From Armatimonadota bacterium (GTDB taxonomy: Bacteria > Armatimonadota > Fimbriimonadia > Fimbriimonadales > GBS-DC), in contig JBBIJY010000002.1 in assembly GCA_037445735.1 (NCBI GenBank), positions 123,133 through 187,132 of the forward strand: a stretch of DNA of 64,000 nt, in the 5' to 3' direction. The position numbers were made by a program, and so were the translations under genes. The notes below the pieces were generated by a model, which worked only from the letters and a program-made list of their open reading frames with translations, was not told the DNA's origin and searched no databases. Below, one piece after another: positions 10,341 to 19,236 of this stretch. Positions within the stretch are counted from its first letter, which is position 1. Each line of letters starts with the position of its first letter.

Positions 10341-11156
10341 CTACGGACGCGCATGATAGGGATATTGAGCCATCTCCACCGAATCCATCGGCTTAACGGC
10401 TCCGCTCAGGAACAGCACCAGGTCGTTCCTGGCACGCTCGGGTTGATTACCTCTATATGATCGATGATAACTGCACCATGTAACTACCGTTGTCGGATCA
10501 GGATTGCGATAACCGAGCTGGCGAGGGTTATCTGTTCGCTTGGGGCCTATGCTACCATCAAAATAGCCATCACCGTAGCCATCACCTTGAGGGGGTGGTT
10601 GACGACCCTGGCGCCGATTCTCCTCCTGATTGAGTTGGTAATTCGACCAGAATAGCGTGTAGCGCAGTTCGTAAGTGCCGTCGCGGCGCCTGCCAATATC
10701 ATAACTGTCAAACCGATAAAAGCAGACCTGGATTAAATTCTGGGCTGACGGATCCAGCACAACGGGTTGCCCTGCCCAGGCGTGCCCTGCAGGATAAACG
10801 GCGGATGTGATCAGACGCTTGTCGTCGGTGGGATTATTCGGGCAAAGGAAGATGTCGTCATTTTTGAGGTAAGAGCGTAGCGGGCTTGGCGCGCGACCAA
10901 ACGGCACAGCCGAGTTCTGATTGCATGTGTAGTTGCCCGTGTTATCCACTGCATAGGCGCCCAGCACGGGGGGATAGGCGTTGTAGTCCAGTTTATAGCT
11001 CTGGAGAGCGGTGTAAATCTGGCTGAGATTCGAGGTGCAGCGCGAGCGGCGGGCGTTCTCGCGTGCCGTGCCCGCCACCGGAAAGATAATCGCCGCCAGG
11101 ATCGCGATAATCGCGATCACCGTCAACAGCTCCACCAGCGTAAAGCCCTTTTTCAT
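10341..11156 (-). CDS. Prepilin/pseudopilin, DUF1559-like architecture (271 aa)
   Basis: MKKG|FTLVELLTVIAIIAILAAIIFPV..ARENARRSRCTSNLSQI, a FLCP motif and C-terminal H...LVLFLSGAVK. Confidence 0.85.
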   Translation of the reverse strand: MKKGFTLVELLTVIAIIAILAAIIFPVAGTARENARRSRCTSNLSQIYTALQSYKLDYNAYPPVLGAYAVDNTGNYTCNQNSAVPFGRAPSPLRSYLKNDDIFLCPNNPTDDKRLITSAVYPAGHAWAGQPVVLDPSAQNLIQVCFYRFDSYDIGRRRDGTYELRYTLFWSNYQLNQEENRRQGRQPPPQGDGYGDGYFDGSIGPKRTDNPRQLGYRNPDPTTVVTWCSYHRSYRGNQPERARNDLVLFLSGAVKPMDSVEMAQYPYHARP

Positions 11157-11227
11157 TGTCCCATACCTCGCCGCTCGGATATTAGACAGGGGTCAACCCC
11201 TTCAGGGTTCCCCCGCCATCTCCTATT

Positions 11228-12394
11228 ATGACATACTCGACGCCCTTCCCTGCTTTTGAGACCAGCAATCTGCTGAGTGGGTTCCCGACAGGTATCCTTC
11301 CCTCTGTGGAGCGGGAGCGGCTGAGCGCGTGGATTAAGGCGTATGCGCAGGCGCTGGGCTTTGAGCTGGTGGGGATAGCGCCCGCGGTTCGCCCGCCGCA
11401 TGCCGATCATCTGCTCTGGTGGCTCCAGCAGGGCTACGCGGGCGAGATGCACTATATGGAACGCACTGCCGAACAGCGCACCGACCCGCAATCGCTTCTA
11501 TCAGGTGCCCGCAGCGCGGTGGTGGTCGGTCTCAACTATGCGCCTGCCGCTCTGCCCGATACCGATTATCGAATCGCCCGCTACGCGCTCGGCGACGACT
11601 ATCACGCGGTTATCCGTTCCAGGCTGGAGACGCTGCTCAGTGCAATTCGCGCCGTGCTGCCCGATTGCCAGGGGCGCGTGTGCGTCGATTCGGCGCCCGT
11701 GCTGGAGCGCGATCTGGCGTGGCTGGCGGGGCTGGGCTGGTACGGCAAGAACACCTGCCTGATCAACACTCAGCGCGGCTCCTACTTCTTTATTGGCGTG
11801 CTGCTGCTCACGATCGAGCTGGAGTATGACCATCCCGCGTTTGGCAGCTGTGGGCGTTGCCGCAAATGTATCGATGCCTGCCCGACAGGGGCGATTCGCG
11901 AGCCGTATGTGCTGGACGCCCGCCAGTGCATCAGCTATCTCACGATTGAGCAGAAGGGCGCCATTCCGGAGGCGTTGCGCGAGCCGACGGGCGCATGGCT
12001 CTTCGGCTGCGATATCTGTCAGGAGGTGTGCCCCTTTAATCAGCCGCGAGCGCATCAGCCGTTGCGGGCGGCGCCGACCGCCGAGCCGCGTCTCCAGCCC
12101 CGCCCGCTGCCCAGCCTGGAGACGATTTTAACGATGGACGAGGCGGAGTTCCAGCGGCGCTTTCAGGGCAGCCCGATTCGGCGGGCGAAGTGGCGCGGGC
12201 TGATTCGCAACGCGCTCGTTGTGGCAGGCAACAGCGGCGACCCGCGCTACCTGCCACTGGTGGAACGCTTCCTGCAACATCCCGACCCTCTCCTGCGCGA
12301 GCATGCAGAATGGGCATATCAGCGACTGACCGTTAGTTCCATCAGCGAGCCTCTCACAGAGGCAGGAACAGGGGCGTCCCTCGCGAATCGCTGA
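11228..12394 (+). CDS. queG: tRNA epoxyqueuosine(34) reductase
   Basis: ARYALGDDYH, VDSAPVLER, GWYGKN, CGRCRKCIDACPTGA, CISYLTIE and GCDICQEVCPFN motifs. Start uncertain. Confidence 0.93.
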   Translation: MTYSTPFPAFETSNLLSGFPTGILPSVERERLSAWIKAYAQALGFELVGIAPAVRPPHADHLLWWLQQGYAGEMHYMERTAEQRTDPQSLLSGARSAVVVGLNYAPAALPDTDYRIARYALGDDYHAVIRSRLETLLSAIRAVLPDCQGRVCVDSAPVLERDLAWLAGLGWYGKNTCLINTQRGSYFFIGVLLLTIELEYDHPAFGSCGRCRKCIDACPTGAIREPYVLDARQCISYLTIEQKGAIPEALREPTGAWLFGCDICQEVCPFNQPRAHQPLRAAPTAEPRLQPRPLPSLETILTMDEAEFQRRFQGSPIRRAKWRGLIRNALVVAGNSGDPRYLPLVERFLQHPDPLLREHAEWAYQRLTVSSISEPLTEAGTGASLANR

Positions 12395-12400
12395 GCGTCG

Positions 12401-13630
12401 ATGCCAGAGCAACCTGTTCTGCAGGCGGGCGCGGCGAAGGTCGACATCACGCCCGACATCCGCCAGATACGGGTCCAGCTGGGCGGCTACGGCGCACGGC
12501 TGAACATGCCGCCCACAGGCGTGCACGACCCCATCTACGCGCGCGTGCTGGCGCTGCGCTATGGCGACCAGCAGGCGGCAATCGTCGCGCTGGATCACCT
12601 GCTGGTGCCGGGCAGCCTCACGCGCGCGGTGCTGAACGCCACCCGCCTGAAACCCGACCAGCTCTTTATGGCTGCCAGCCACACGCACTGCGCGCCCGAC
12701 GCGATGGGCATGAACGAGCGGATGCGGTTCCCCATTCCGGGCGTGGCGACTTTCGTGCCAGAGTTCTTGCGTTTCACGGCGGCGCGGGTGAGCGAAGCCG
12801 TTCAACAGGCGTTCGCCCGCTTGCAACCAGCCCGGCTCGCCCTGCACGCCGAAGCGATCCCGAACCTGAACCGCAATCGGCGCGGGCGCGGCATCACCGA
12901 CCCGACGATGACCGTCGTGCGCGTCAGCACGCCCACGCGCAAGCCGATTGCTCTGCTGGTCATCTACGCCGCGCATCCCACCATCTACCCACACACGATG
13001 ATGGAGGTGTCGGCGGAGTTTCCCGGCGTGCTGCAGAACGGGCTGGAGCAGACCATCGGCGACGGTACGATTGCGCTCTACCTGAACGGGGCGCAGGGCG
13101 ATGTGTCGCCTGTCGCTGACGAGGGCAGCACCGACCACGAGCGCGTGCAACGCTACGGCAATCGGCTCAAAACGCACGCGCTGCGCCTGCTGGAGCGGGC
13201 GACGCCTGTGAAGCCGCGCCTGAAAACCCTTCAGGTAAGGGTGTCGCTGCCGCCAGCACGCCCGCATCCAGAGTTCCAGCAATCGGCAGGGCGCGAATAC
13301 AAAGTGCCCGAAAGCCTGCTGAACGAGCTGGTGCGCCAGATTGTGCCCGCTCAGGCGCCCATCTCGCTGATACTGCTGGGCGAGCTGCTGATGGTCGGCT
13401 TTCCAGGCGAACCCATCACCGCGCTGGGGCTGGAGGCGCGGCGCATCGGGCAGGCGCATGGCTTCCGCACCGTCGCACCCGTCGCGCTGGTCAACGACTG
13501 GATTGGCTACATTCTCACCCGCGATGAGTACGAAAAGGGCGGCTATGAGGCGACCGTCTCTTTTAATGGCGCGGAACTGGGCAACGCCATCATGCAGGGC
13601 GTGCAGGAGGCGATTGCCGCCCTTCGATAA
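12401..13630 (+). CDS. Neutral/alkaline ceramidase N-terminal-domain family hydrolase
   Basis: AGAAKVDITP, GVHDPIYARVL, ASHTHCAP, YAAHPT, GAQGDVSP and GYE motifs. Confidence 0.75.
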   Translation: MPEQPVLQAGAAKVDITPDIRQIRVQLGGYGARLNMPPTGVHDPIYARVLALRYGDQQAAIVALDHLLVPGSLTRAVLNATRLKPDQLFMAASHTHCAPDAMGMNERMRFPIPGVATFVPEFLRFTAARVSEAVQQAFARLQPARLALHAEAIPNLNRNRRGRGITDPTMTVVRVSTPTRKPIALLVIYAAHPTIYPHTMMEVSAEFPGVLQNGLEQTIGDGTIALYLNGAQGDVSPVADEGSTDHERVQRYGNRLKTHALRLLERATPVKPRLKTLQVRVSLPPARPHPEFQQSAGREYKVPESLLNELVRQIVPAQAPISLILLGELLMVGFPGEPITALGLEARRIGQAHGFRTVAPVALVNDWIGYILTRDEYEKGGYEATVSFNGAELGNAIMQGVQEAIAALR

Positions 13631-13660
13631 ACAGCTGTCCCCTTGCGGTATAATCAAGTT

Positions 13661-14641
13661 GTGCCACCCATTCGCTCTGTTGAAGAACTGATTGCGCTGA
13701 TTCGCCAGCATCCGGAGTGGCGGGAGGCTCTTTTGAGCGCGCTCCTGCCACAGGACCTGCTAACGCTGCCACAGGAGTTTCGCGAGTTTCGTGCCGAGCT
13801 TCGGGAAGCACTGGCTGCCCACGAGCTGCGCATAGCTGCTATCGAAGAGCGGATTGCTGCCGTTGAAGAGCGCATCGTCTCCATCGAGGAACAGATTGCC
13901 CGACAGCGCGAAGAGTTCCAGCGACAAATAGGCGAACTGCATCGGCAAATAGATGAGCTGCGCCTGGAGATACAGCAGATGCGCAAGGAGTTCCAGCAAC
14001 AGATTGACGAGCTGCGTCTGGAAATGCAACAGATGCGCAAGGAGCTGCAACAGCAGATTGACGAGCTGCGTCTGGAAATGCAACAGATGCGCAAGGAGTT
14101 CGAACAGCGATTTGAAGAGATACAGATGCAGCTGGCTCAACAGCGTGCCGAATATCTGGAGCGATTTGAGCGCGTGGAAAGCGAAATCAAAGCCATCAAG
14201 GACGATATGGGCAGGCTCAAGGGCGATGTGCTGGAGATGAAGTGGGGTCAGCGCGCTAAGTCCTACTTCGGGCGAATCCTGCGCAAGGTACAGGTCTATA
14301 TTCCCGGCGAAATTTGTGATGAGATAGAGGATCGGACGCCGATTCCAGAGCCGCAGCGCACCCAGTTGCTGGAGCTGGACTATGTGGTTCGCGGGCTGCG
14401 GCGCACCGACGGACGCGAAATCTATCTGGCAGTGGAGGTATCGTGGGGCATTGGGGTAACGGATGTGATACGGGCACGCGATAGAGCGCAGATTTTGCGC
14501 GATTATGGCTACGCTGCCTATCCTGTGGCGGTCGGCGTGGAGGCGACGCCCGAAGCCCGCGAGCTGGCAACAGCAGAAGGCGTCGTGTTGATGTTCGATT
14601 CCACCATTCAGGGCGCGGAACAGCTGCAGGTCGAGCACTGA
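13661..14641 (+). CDS. Coiled-coil repeat protein with C-terminal PD-(D/E)XK-like domain
   Basis: GTG 6 nt after TATAAT (13649-13654). N-terminal LIRQHPEWREAL, central coiled coil, C-terminal LDYVVRG..YLAVEVS..DVIRARDRA. Confidence 0.75.
   Translation: MPPIRSVEELIALIRQHPEWREALLSALLPQDLLTLPQEFREFRAELREALAAHELRIAAIEERIAAVEERIVSIEEQIARQREEFQRQIGELHRQIDELRLEIQQMRKEFQQQIDELRLEMQQMRKELQQQIDELRLEMQQMRKEFEQRFEEIQMQLAQQRAEYLERFERVESEIKAIKDDMGRLKGDVLEMKWGQRAKSYFGRILRKVQVYIPGEICDEIEDRTPIPEPQRTQLLELDYVVRGLRRTDGREIYLAVEVSWGIGVTDVIRARDRAQILRDYGYAAYPVAVGVEATPEARELATAEGVVLMFDSTIQGAEQLQVEH
13934..14101 (+). repeat. 54-nt (18-aa) tandem repeat, ~3 units, in coiled coil
   Basis: Units start at 13934, 13988 and 14042 and encode E(F/L)QQQIDELRLEMQQMRK. 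Confidence 0.9.
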
Positions 14642-14654
14642 TCGATTACCGGAC

Positions 14655-14682
14655 TTGACAATCGCTGCCGATATGGTATAAT
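14655..14682 (+). promoter_or_regulatory. Consensus sigma70-type promoter of tRNA-Ser
   Basis: TTGACA (14655-14660), 16-nt spacer ending TGG, TATAAT (14677-14682). Confidence 0.85.
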
Positions 14683-14696
14683 AGCTCATGCAGGGC

Positions 14697-14792
14697 GGAG
14701 GGTTGCCTGAGTGGTCGAAAGGGGCCGCCTGCTAAGCGGTTGTAGGGGGGTTATGCCCTCTACCCCGGGTTCGAATCCCGGACCCTCCGCCA
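14697..14792 (+). tRNA. tRNA-Ser(GCT)
   Basis: Acceptor GGAGGGT/ACCCTCC+G+CCA, D-loop GAGTGG, anticodon arm GCCGC-CTGCTAA-GCGGT, long variable arm, T-loop GGTTCGAATCC. Confidence 0.97.
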
Positions 14793-14799
14793 TCTAATC

Positions 14800-16236
14800 T
14801 TGACCGAGGACTCAGGGGAGATGACGCGCCCGGCACGGTTCACCTGGTGGTGGCTGATCCTGCTCTTTTGCCTCTTCATTCTGCTTAACAGCCTGATCTT
14901 TCTCTATCTGTTCACCCGTTCGAGCCGTGTCGCCCCCATCGATAAAGCGGCTCTGTTCGAAATTGGTCTGGAGGTGCGTCAGGCAGTTGCGCTCACGGCG
15001 TCGCCCCTGCTGGTGAGCGAGTTCAAATCGAGCGCGGAGTCAGCTGCCCGCACGCTTCGGGACTATTATGGCACCGATGCCGAGTGGGAGGCACGGCTCT
15101 ATGTGGCGCTGCTGGAGCGGTCCGCGGGTTTCGGCGACCCGGCACGCACCTTGCAGCCGCTGGCAGATTCGCCCTCGATACGGCTCACCGCGCCTGAGCG
15201 TCGCTGGTACGCCGCGCTCTGGCAGGATGCCCTGCTAAGCGAGCTGAGCGCAGATCGGGTGGCACGGCTGCGCGATGCTCTTGAACCCAGCGCGCCCCCG
15301 CTCGCCCTTCAGCTCGCCGAGAGCGTGATGTGGAAACGGGTCGGCGATAACCAGAAAGCGCAGGCAGTTTTGCGCACGGCGGGCTGGCAGAGCTTGGCGC
15401 GGGTCGGGCTGATAGGCGTCCTGTTTTGCTGTGGCGGACTGCTGGGCATCGCGGGTGTCGGACTGTTCATCTGGTATCTCGTTCAGCGGTTTCCGCTGCC
15501 CGCCCGACCGTTTCCAGAAGCTCCACCCGACGCGCTGGACACCGCCCTGCACGCACTCGCCGCGTTTTTTATCTTCTCGTTCACCTGCGATACACTGTTT
15601 AACGACATTCTCTCGCACACGCCCGAATGGCGGCGCTACTATTCCGAGCAGGCGGCATCGGCGCTGCTCTACTCTCTGGCAGCGCTGTTATCGGTCGATT
15701 TTCTGGTGCTACCCGATGAGCGCGCGCCATCTCATTGGTTGTCTCTGCGCTGGCGATGGCGAACGGATGCGGGTGCCACGCTGGCAGGCTTGAGCATCTA
15801 CTTACCGCTGGCGGTGCTGGCTGCGCTGCTGGTGAGTCTCATTCTGCCTGCCCTTCCTGACCAGCAGACCAACCCGGTGGCAGACCAGCTTGCCAGCGCG
15901 CCCGATCCGCTCGCCTTCTGGACGCTGGTGTTTCAGGCGGTCATCTTTGCACCGTTTATTGAGGAAGTGCTGTTTCGCGGGGTTCTGTTTCAGGCGTTGT
16001 GGCAGCACACGGGTCGTGTCTGGCTCAGCGCGCTGGTGAGCGGCTTTCTGTTCGCGATTGTGCATCCCCAGTTTTTGAGCGGGCTGCTGCACCTGGCGCT
16101 GCTGGGGACGATTCTGGCAATGTTATACGCGCACACGCGCTCGCTACTGCCCTGCATTCTCATTCACGCGCTCAATAACGGCGTCGTGGTGCTGATGGCG
16201 TGGACGGGGTACAATTTCATAATCTTTATGTACTAA
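14800..16236 (+). CDS. CPBP (CAAX/Abi) family intramembrane metalloprotease
   Basis: APFIEEVLFRG, FAIVH and IHALNN motifs; multiple TM segments. Start may be ATG 14821. Confidence 0.85.
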   Translation: MTEDSGEMTRPARFTWWWLILLFCLFILLNSLIFLYLFTRSSRVAPIDKAALFEIGLEVRQAVALTASPLLVSEFKSSAESAARTLRDYYGTDAEWEARLYVALLERSAGFGDPARTLQPLADSPSIRLTAPERRWYAALWQDALLSELSADRVARLRDALEPSAPPLALQLAESVMWKRVGDNQKAQAVLRTAGWQSLARVGLIGVLFCCGGLLGIAGVGLFIWYLVQRFPLPARPFPEAPPDALDTALHALAAFFIFSFTCDTLFNDILSHTPEWRRYYSEQAASALLYSLAALLSVDFLVLPDERAPSHWLSLRWRWRTDAGATLAGLSIYLPLAVLAALLVSLILPALPDQQTNPVADQLASAPDPLAFWTLVFQAVIFAPFIEEVLFRGVLFQALWQHTGRVWLSALVSGFLFAIVHPQFLSGLLHLALLGTILAMLYAHTRSLLPCILIHALNNGVVVLMAWTGYNFIIFMY

Positions 16237-16245
16237 GGAGGCAGG

Positions 16246-17937
16246 ATGATGAGTATCGCCAGCACGCAACAGGTGGAGCAGGCGCCGCTCTGGTCCGTTG
16301 ACGCGGGCAATCGGCGGCTTAATCGGTTTGACTGGCTACTGATGCTGTTTCTGGTTCTCATCACGGTGGGCTATGTGGCGCGTGGAGCACAGTTGTCGGC
16401 GCCGCCTGCTGAGGATGCCGCGATGTTGATGCGCTATGCGACCCATCTGGCGCAGGGGCACGGGATTGTGTGGAACATCGGTGAGAAGCCCGTCGACGGC
16501 GCGACCGACTTCCTGTTCATGGTGATGGTGGCAGGCCTTATAGGCATGGGTCTTTCAGCGGAGGTTGCCGTGCGGCTGCTGGTGTTTCTGGCGCATGTGC
16601 TGAATGTGGTGCTGGTCTATTACGCCCTGCGGTCGCTATTTGGTGCGCCGTGGTGGCTGGCGGTGGCGCCCGCGTTTTTCCTGGCGGTCGCGACGGGGCC
16701 CATCTACATCACCACCTGCTTCGGCGCACCTGTGTTCGCGTTGTTCGCCTCGCTGAGCTGGTTTTTTGCTTTGCGGGCTATCCTGTGGGGCGGTTCACCT
16801 GCGAACGCGCTCGGTTTCGGTCTCTTCTCGCTGATTACGGGGCTTGTTCGTCCCGAAGGCGTCATTCTGACCCTGTTGATGGTGGGGGCGGCTCTCATTC
16901 TCAGGGGATGGCGCGGGGCGGTCGCGCTGGTGCTGGCGTGGGTTATCTTTGTGGTCGGGCTGGGTGCCATCTATTTCCTGTGGCGCTGGCACTACTTCGG
17001 CTATCCACTACCGAACCCCTTCTATAAGAAGGGTGGCGGCACACTCCACCTCGATGGGCTTCGCGATTCCTACACCATGCTGCGCGTCTTCAGCCTGCCG
17101 TTTCTGCTGCTCTACCTTGGCGGCTTGCTTTTCAGGGAGCCACGCCGCCTGCTGATTGGGCTGTTGATCCCGCCTGTCGGCTTCGCAACGGCTTTTATTT
17201 TGATTTCGAACGAAATGAACCTGGCAGGTCGGTTCCAGTACCCTGCGCTGCCGCTCATTTTGATGGGTGTCTATCCTGCTGCGCAGGTTCTCTGGCGCCA
17301 GCTGCAGCCGGAGCCGCGCCATGAGCCGTTGCGCCCTGTGCATCTGTACATGCTGTTCGCCGTGCTGCTGCTCCTGTTGACCTACTCCCGGCAGGCGTTC
17401 TATCGCTCCAGTTTCTATCCCGATGGTCGGGCGGAGGTCGCGAAAAGTCTGGCGCAGTACCGCTCTAAAGGCTACTGGATGGCAGTGACCGAGGCCGGCT
17501 TGCTGCCCTTCTATTCGGGCTGGAACGCCATCGACACCTGGGGCTTGAATGACCAGTGGATTGCCCATCACGGCGCCATTACAGAAGCATATCTGGAGCG
17601 GTATCGCCCGCATCTAATTGTGTTTCACGCTTACTTTTCGCCCATTGTGCCCGCAAATCCCGCGGAACGGCAGGCGCAGCGCGCGGTTCGGTGGGATCAG
17701 ATGGTTGCCACTCTGCAACGCTATGCTGAGCGGCGTGGTTATATTCTGGCAGCGGTGTACGGCGATACACCTCGCGATACCCACTACTACTATGTGCGCC
17801 CTGACTTCCCCGATGCTGCTGCTATCGTGGAGCACATTCGAAACACACGCTACATCTGGTACGAGACGGGCACTGTCAGCGTGAACTATGCCCTGCTGGA
17901 GCCAAAGTCCGACAGGTTTCGCGCAAAAAGCGAATGA
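16246..17937 (+). CDS. Polytopic membrane protein, GT-C-type glycosyltransferase-like
   Basis: EDAAMLMRYA..LAQGHGIVWN.GE.PVDGAT, LVRPEG, GYPLPNPFY and IDTWGLND motifs. Confidence 0.65.
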   Translation: MMSIASTQQVEQAPLWSVDAGNRRLNRFDWLLMLFLVLITVGYVARGAQLSAPPAEDAAMLMRYATHLAQGHGIVWNIGEKPVDGATDFLFMVMVAGLIGMGLSAEVAVRLLVFLAHVLNVVLVYYALRSLFGAPWWLAVAPAFFLAVATGPIYITTCFGAPVFALFASLSWFFALRAILWGGSPANALGFGLFSLITGLVRPEGVILTLLMVGAALILRGWRGAVALVLAWVIFVVGLGAIYFLWRWHYFGYPLPNPFYKKGGGTLHLDGLRDSYTMLRVFSLPFLLLYLGGLLFREPRRLLIGLLIPPVGFATAFILISNEMNLAGRFQYPALPLILMGVYPAAQVLWRQLQPEPRHEPLRPVHLYMLFAVLLLLLTYSRQAFYRSSFYPDGRAEVAKSLAQYRSKGYWMAVTEAGLLPFYSGWNAIDTWGLNDQWIAHHGAITEAYLERYRPHLIVFHAYFSPIVPANPAERQAQRAVRWDQMVATLQRYAERRGYILAAVYGDTPRDTHYYYVRPDFPDAAAIVEHIRNTRYIWYETGTVSVNYALLEPKSDRFRAKSE

Positions 17938-17956
17938 GCGGCAGGGTATACTTTTC

Positions 17957-19174
17957 ATGCAGATGCGGCTCTCGGTTGACGATCTGGAAAGCCTGATTCG
18001 CCTGCTGGACGAGCATCCCGAATGGCGGGAGGCGTTGCAGGAGCGCTTGATGACCGAGCAGGTTCTGCTCCGTCTGCTGCAGCAGAGGGCAGACCTGCGC
18101 GAGGCGGTACGCCGTCTCGTGCTGACTGACGAACTGCTGGAACTGCCTGCCCTGGTTCGGGAGCTGATTGAGGTTCAGCGGCGCACGGAGGAGCGGTTAG
18201 CGGAGCTGGCGGCACAGACGGATGCCCGCTTCGCTGAGCTGGCAGCGGAGCTTGCCGAGTTAGCCCGGCGTACCGACGCCCGCTTCGCCGAGTTAGCCGA
18301 AGCGCAGCGGCGCACGGAGGAGCGGTTAGCGGAGCTGGCGGCACAGACGGATGCCCGCTTCGCTGAGCTGGCAGCGGAGCTTGCCGAGTTAGCCCGGCGT
18401 ACCGACGCCCGCTTCGCTGAGTTAGCTACGGAGCTTGCCGAGTTAGCCCGGCGTACCGACGCCCGCTTCGCCGAGTTAGCTACGGAGCTTGCCGAGTTAG
18501 CCCGGCGTACCGACGCCCGTTTCGCCGAGTTAGCCGAAGCCCAGCGGCGCACGGAGGAGCGGTTAGCCGAGTTAGCGGCACAGACGGACGCCCGTTTCGC
18601 CGAGTTAGCCGAAGCCCAGCGGCGCACGCAGGAGCAGGTGGCTCTGCTGGTAGAAACCCAGCGGCGAATAGAAGAGGAACTCGCTCAACTGCGTCAGGAT
18701 GTCCACGACCTCAGAGAGTGGCGGCGGGGCGAGGAGGGACGACGCGCGGGCGAACGCTTCGAGATCCAGATTATCAAACGCGCCCCACGCCTGCTCAACG
18801 GCGGCGATGGCGGGCGAACCGAAGAACCCCATGTGCGCCAGCGACTGACCCACTGGCTACGCAATCTCCAGCCCGCCGAGATGGAAGACGACTTCGACGG
18901 CGAAAAAGACCCCACCTTAGCCGACCTCATCTGGTGGAAAGACAGTCGGGTGGCAGTAATCGAGATCTCGCTCAAGGTGGACGGGCGTGATGTGCTGCGC
19001 GCCCGCCAGCGAGCCGACACCCTGCGTCAGGCGGGTGTGGATGCCATTCCCCTCGTCATCGGCGAAGAATGGGCAACGCCCGATTCCCGACTGCTCGCCG
19101 AGCAAAACGGCGTCGAATGGATGCTAAAGGGCGACCTCTCGGCAGGCATGATCGAGTTCCGTCGGCTTCCGTAG
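17957..19174 (+). CDS. Coiled-coil repeat protein with C-terminal PD-(D/E)XK-like domain (paralog of 13661-14641)
   Basis: LIRLLDEHPEWREAL N-terminus, AELA repeats, ADLIWW..AVIEIS..DVLRARQRA C-terminus. TATACT lies just upstream of ATG 17957. Confidence 0.75.
   Translation: MQMRLSVDDLESLIRLLDEHPEWREALQERLMTEQVLLRLLQQRADLREAVRRLVLTDELLELPALVRELIEVQRRTEERLAELAAQTDARFAELAAELAELARRTDARFAELAEAQRRTEERLAELAAQTDARFAELAAELAELARRTDARFAELATELAELARRTDARFAELATELAELARRTDARFAELAEAQRRTEERLAELAAQTDARFAELAEAQRRTQEQVALLVETQRRIEEELAQLRQDVHDLREWRRGEEGRRAGERFEIQIIKRAPRLLNGGDGGRTEEPHVRQRLTHWLRNLQPAEMEDDFDGEKDPTLADLIWWKDSRVAVIEISLKVDGRDVLRARQRADTLRQAGVDAIPLVIGEEWATPDSRLLAEQNGVEWMLKGDLSAGMIEFRRLP
18175..18630 (+). 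repeat. Mosaic tandem repeat of 54-nt and 75-nt units (18 and 25 aa)
   Basis: Interleaved units AELA(A/T)ELAELARRTDARF and AELAEAQRRTEERLAELAAQTDARF. Confidence 0.9.
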
Positions 19175-19198
19175 GGGCGCACCACCGTGCGCCTCTGC
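19171..19198. repeat. GTAG-type REP-like hairpin overlapping the stop codon
   Basis: GTAGGGGCGCAC-CACC-GTGCGCCTCTGC. Confidence 0.6.
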
Positions 19199-19236
19199 AG
19201 GAACCCTTTAAGCATTCGAACAGTATAATCCTCACG

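Noticed and set aside
13-10460. Long plus-strand ORFs (388, 326, 622, 715 and 417 aa)
   Set aside because: Antisense shadows of the minus-strand pilin operon, a common artefact of high-GC codon bias.
11160-11235. Riboswitch upstream of the pilin operon
   Set aside because: Only one hairpin (GGGGAACCC..GGGTTGACCCC); no c-di-GMP or other aptamer consensus recognised.
18175-18630. Possible CRISPR or non-coding repeat
   Set aside because: Repeats are in-frame multiples of 3 within a coiled-coil CDS.
14697-19200. Genomic island or prophage integrated at tRNA-Ser
   Set aside because: No integrase and no duplicated tRNA 3' end seen in the window.
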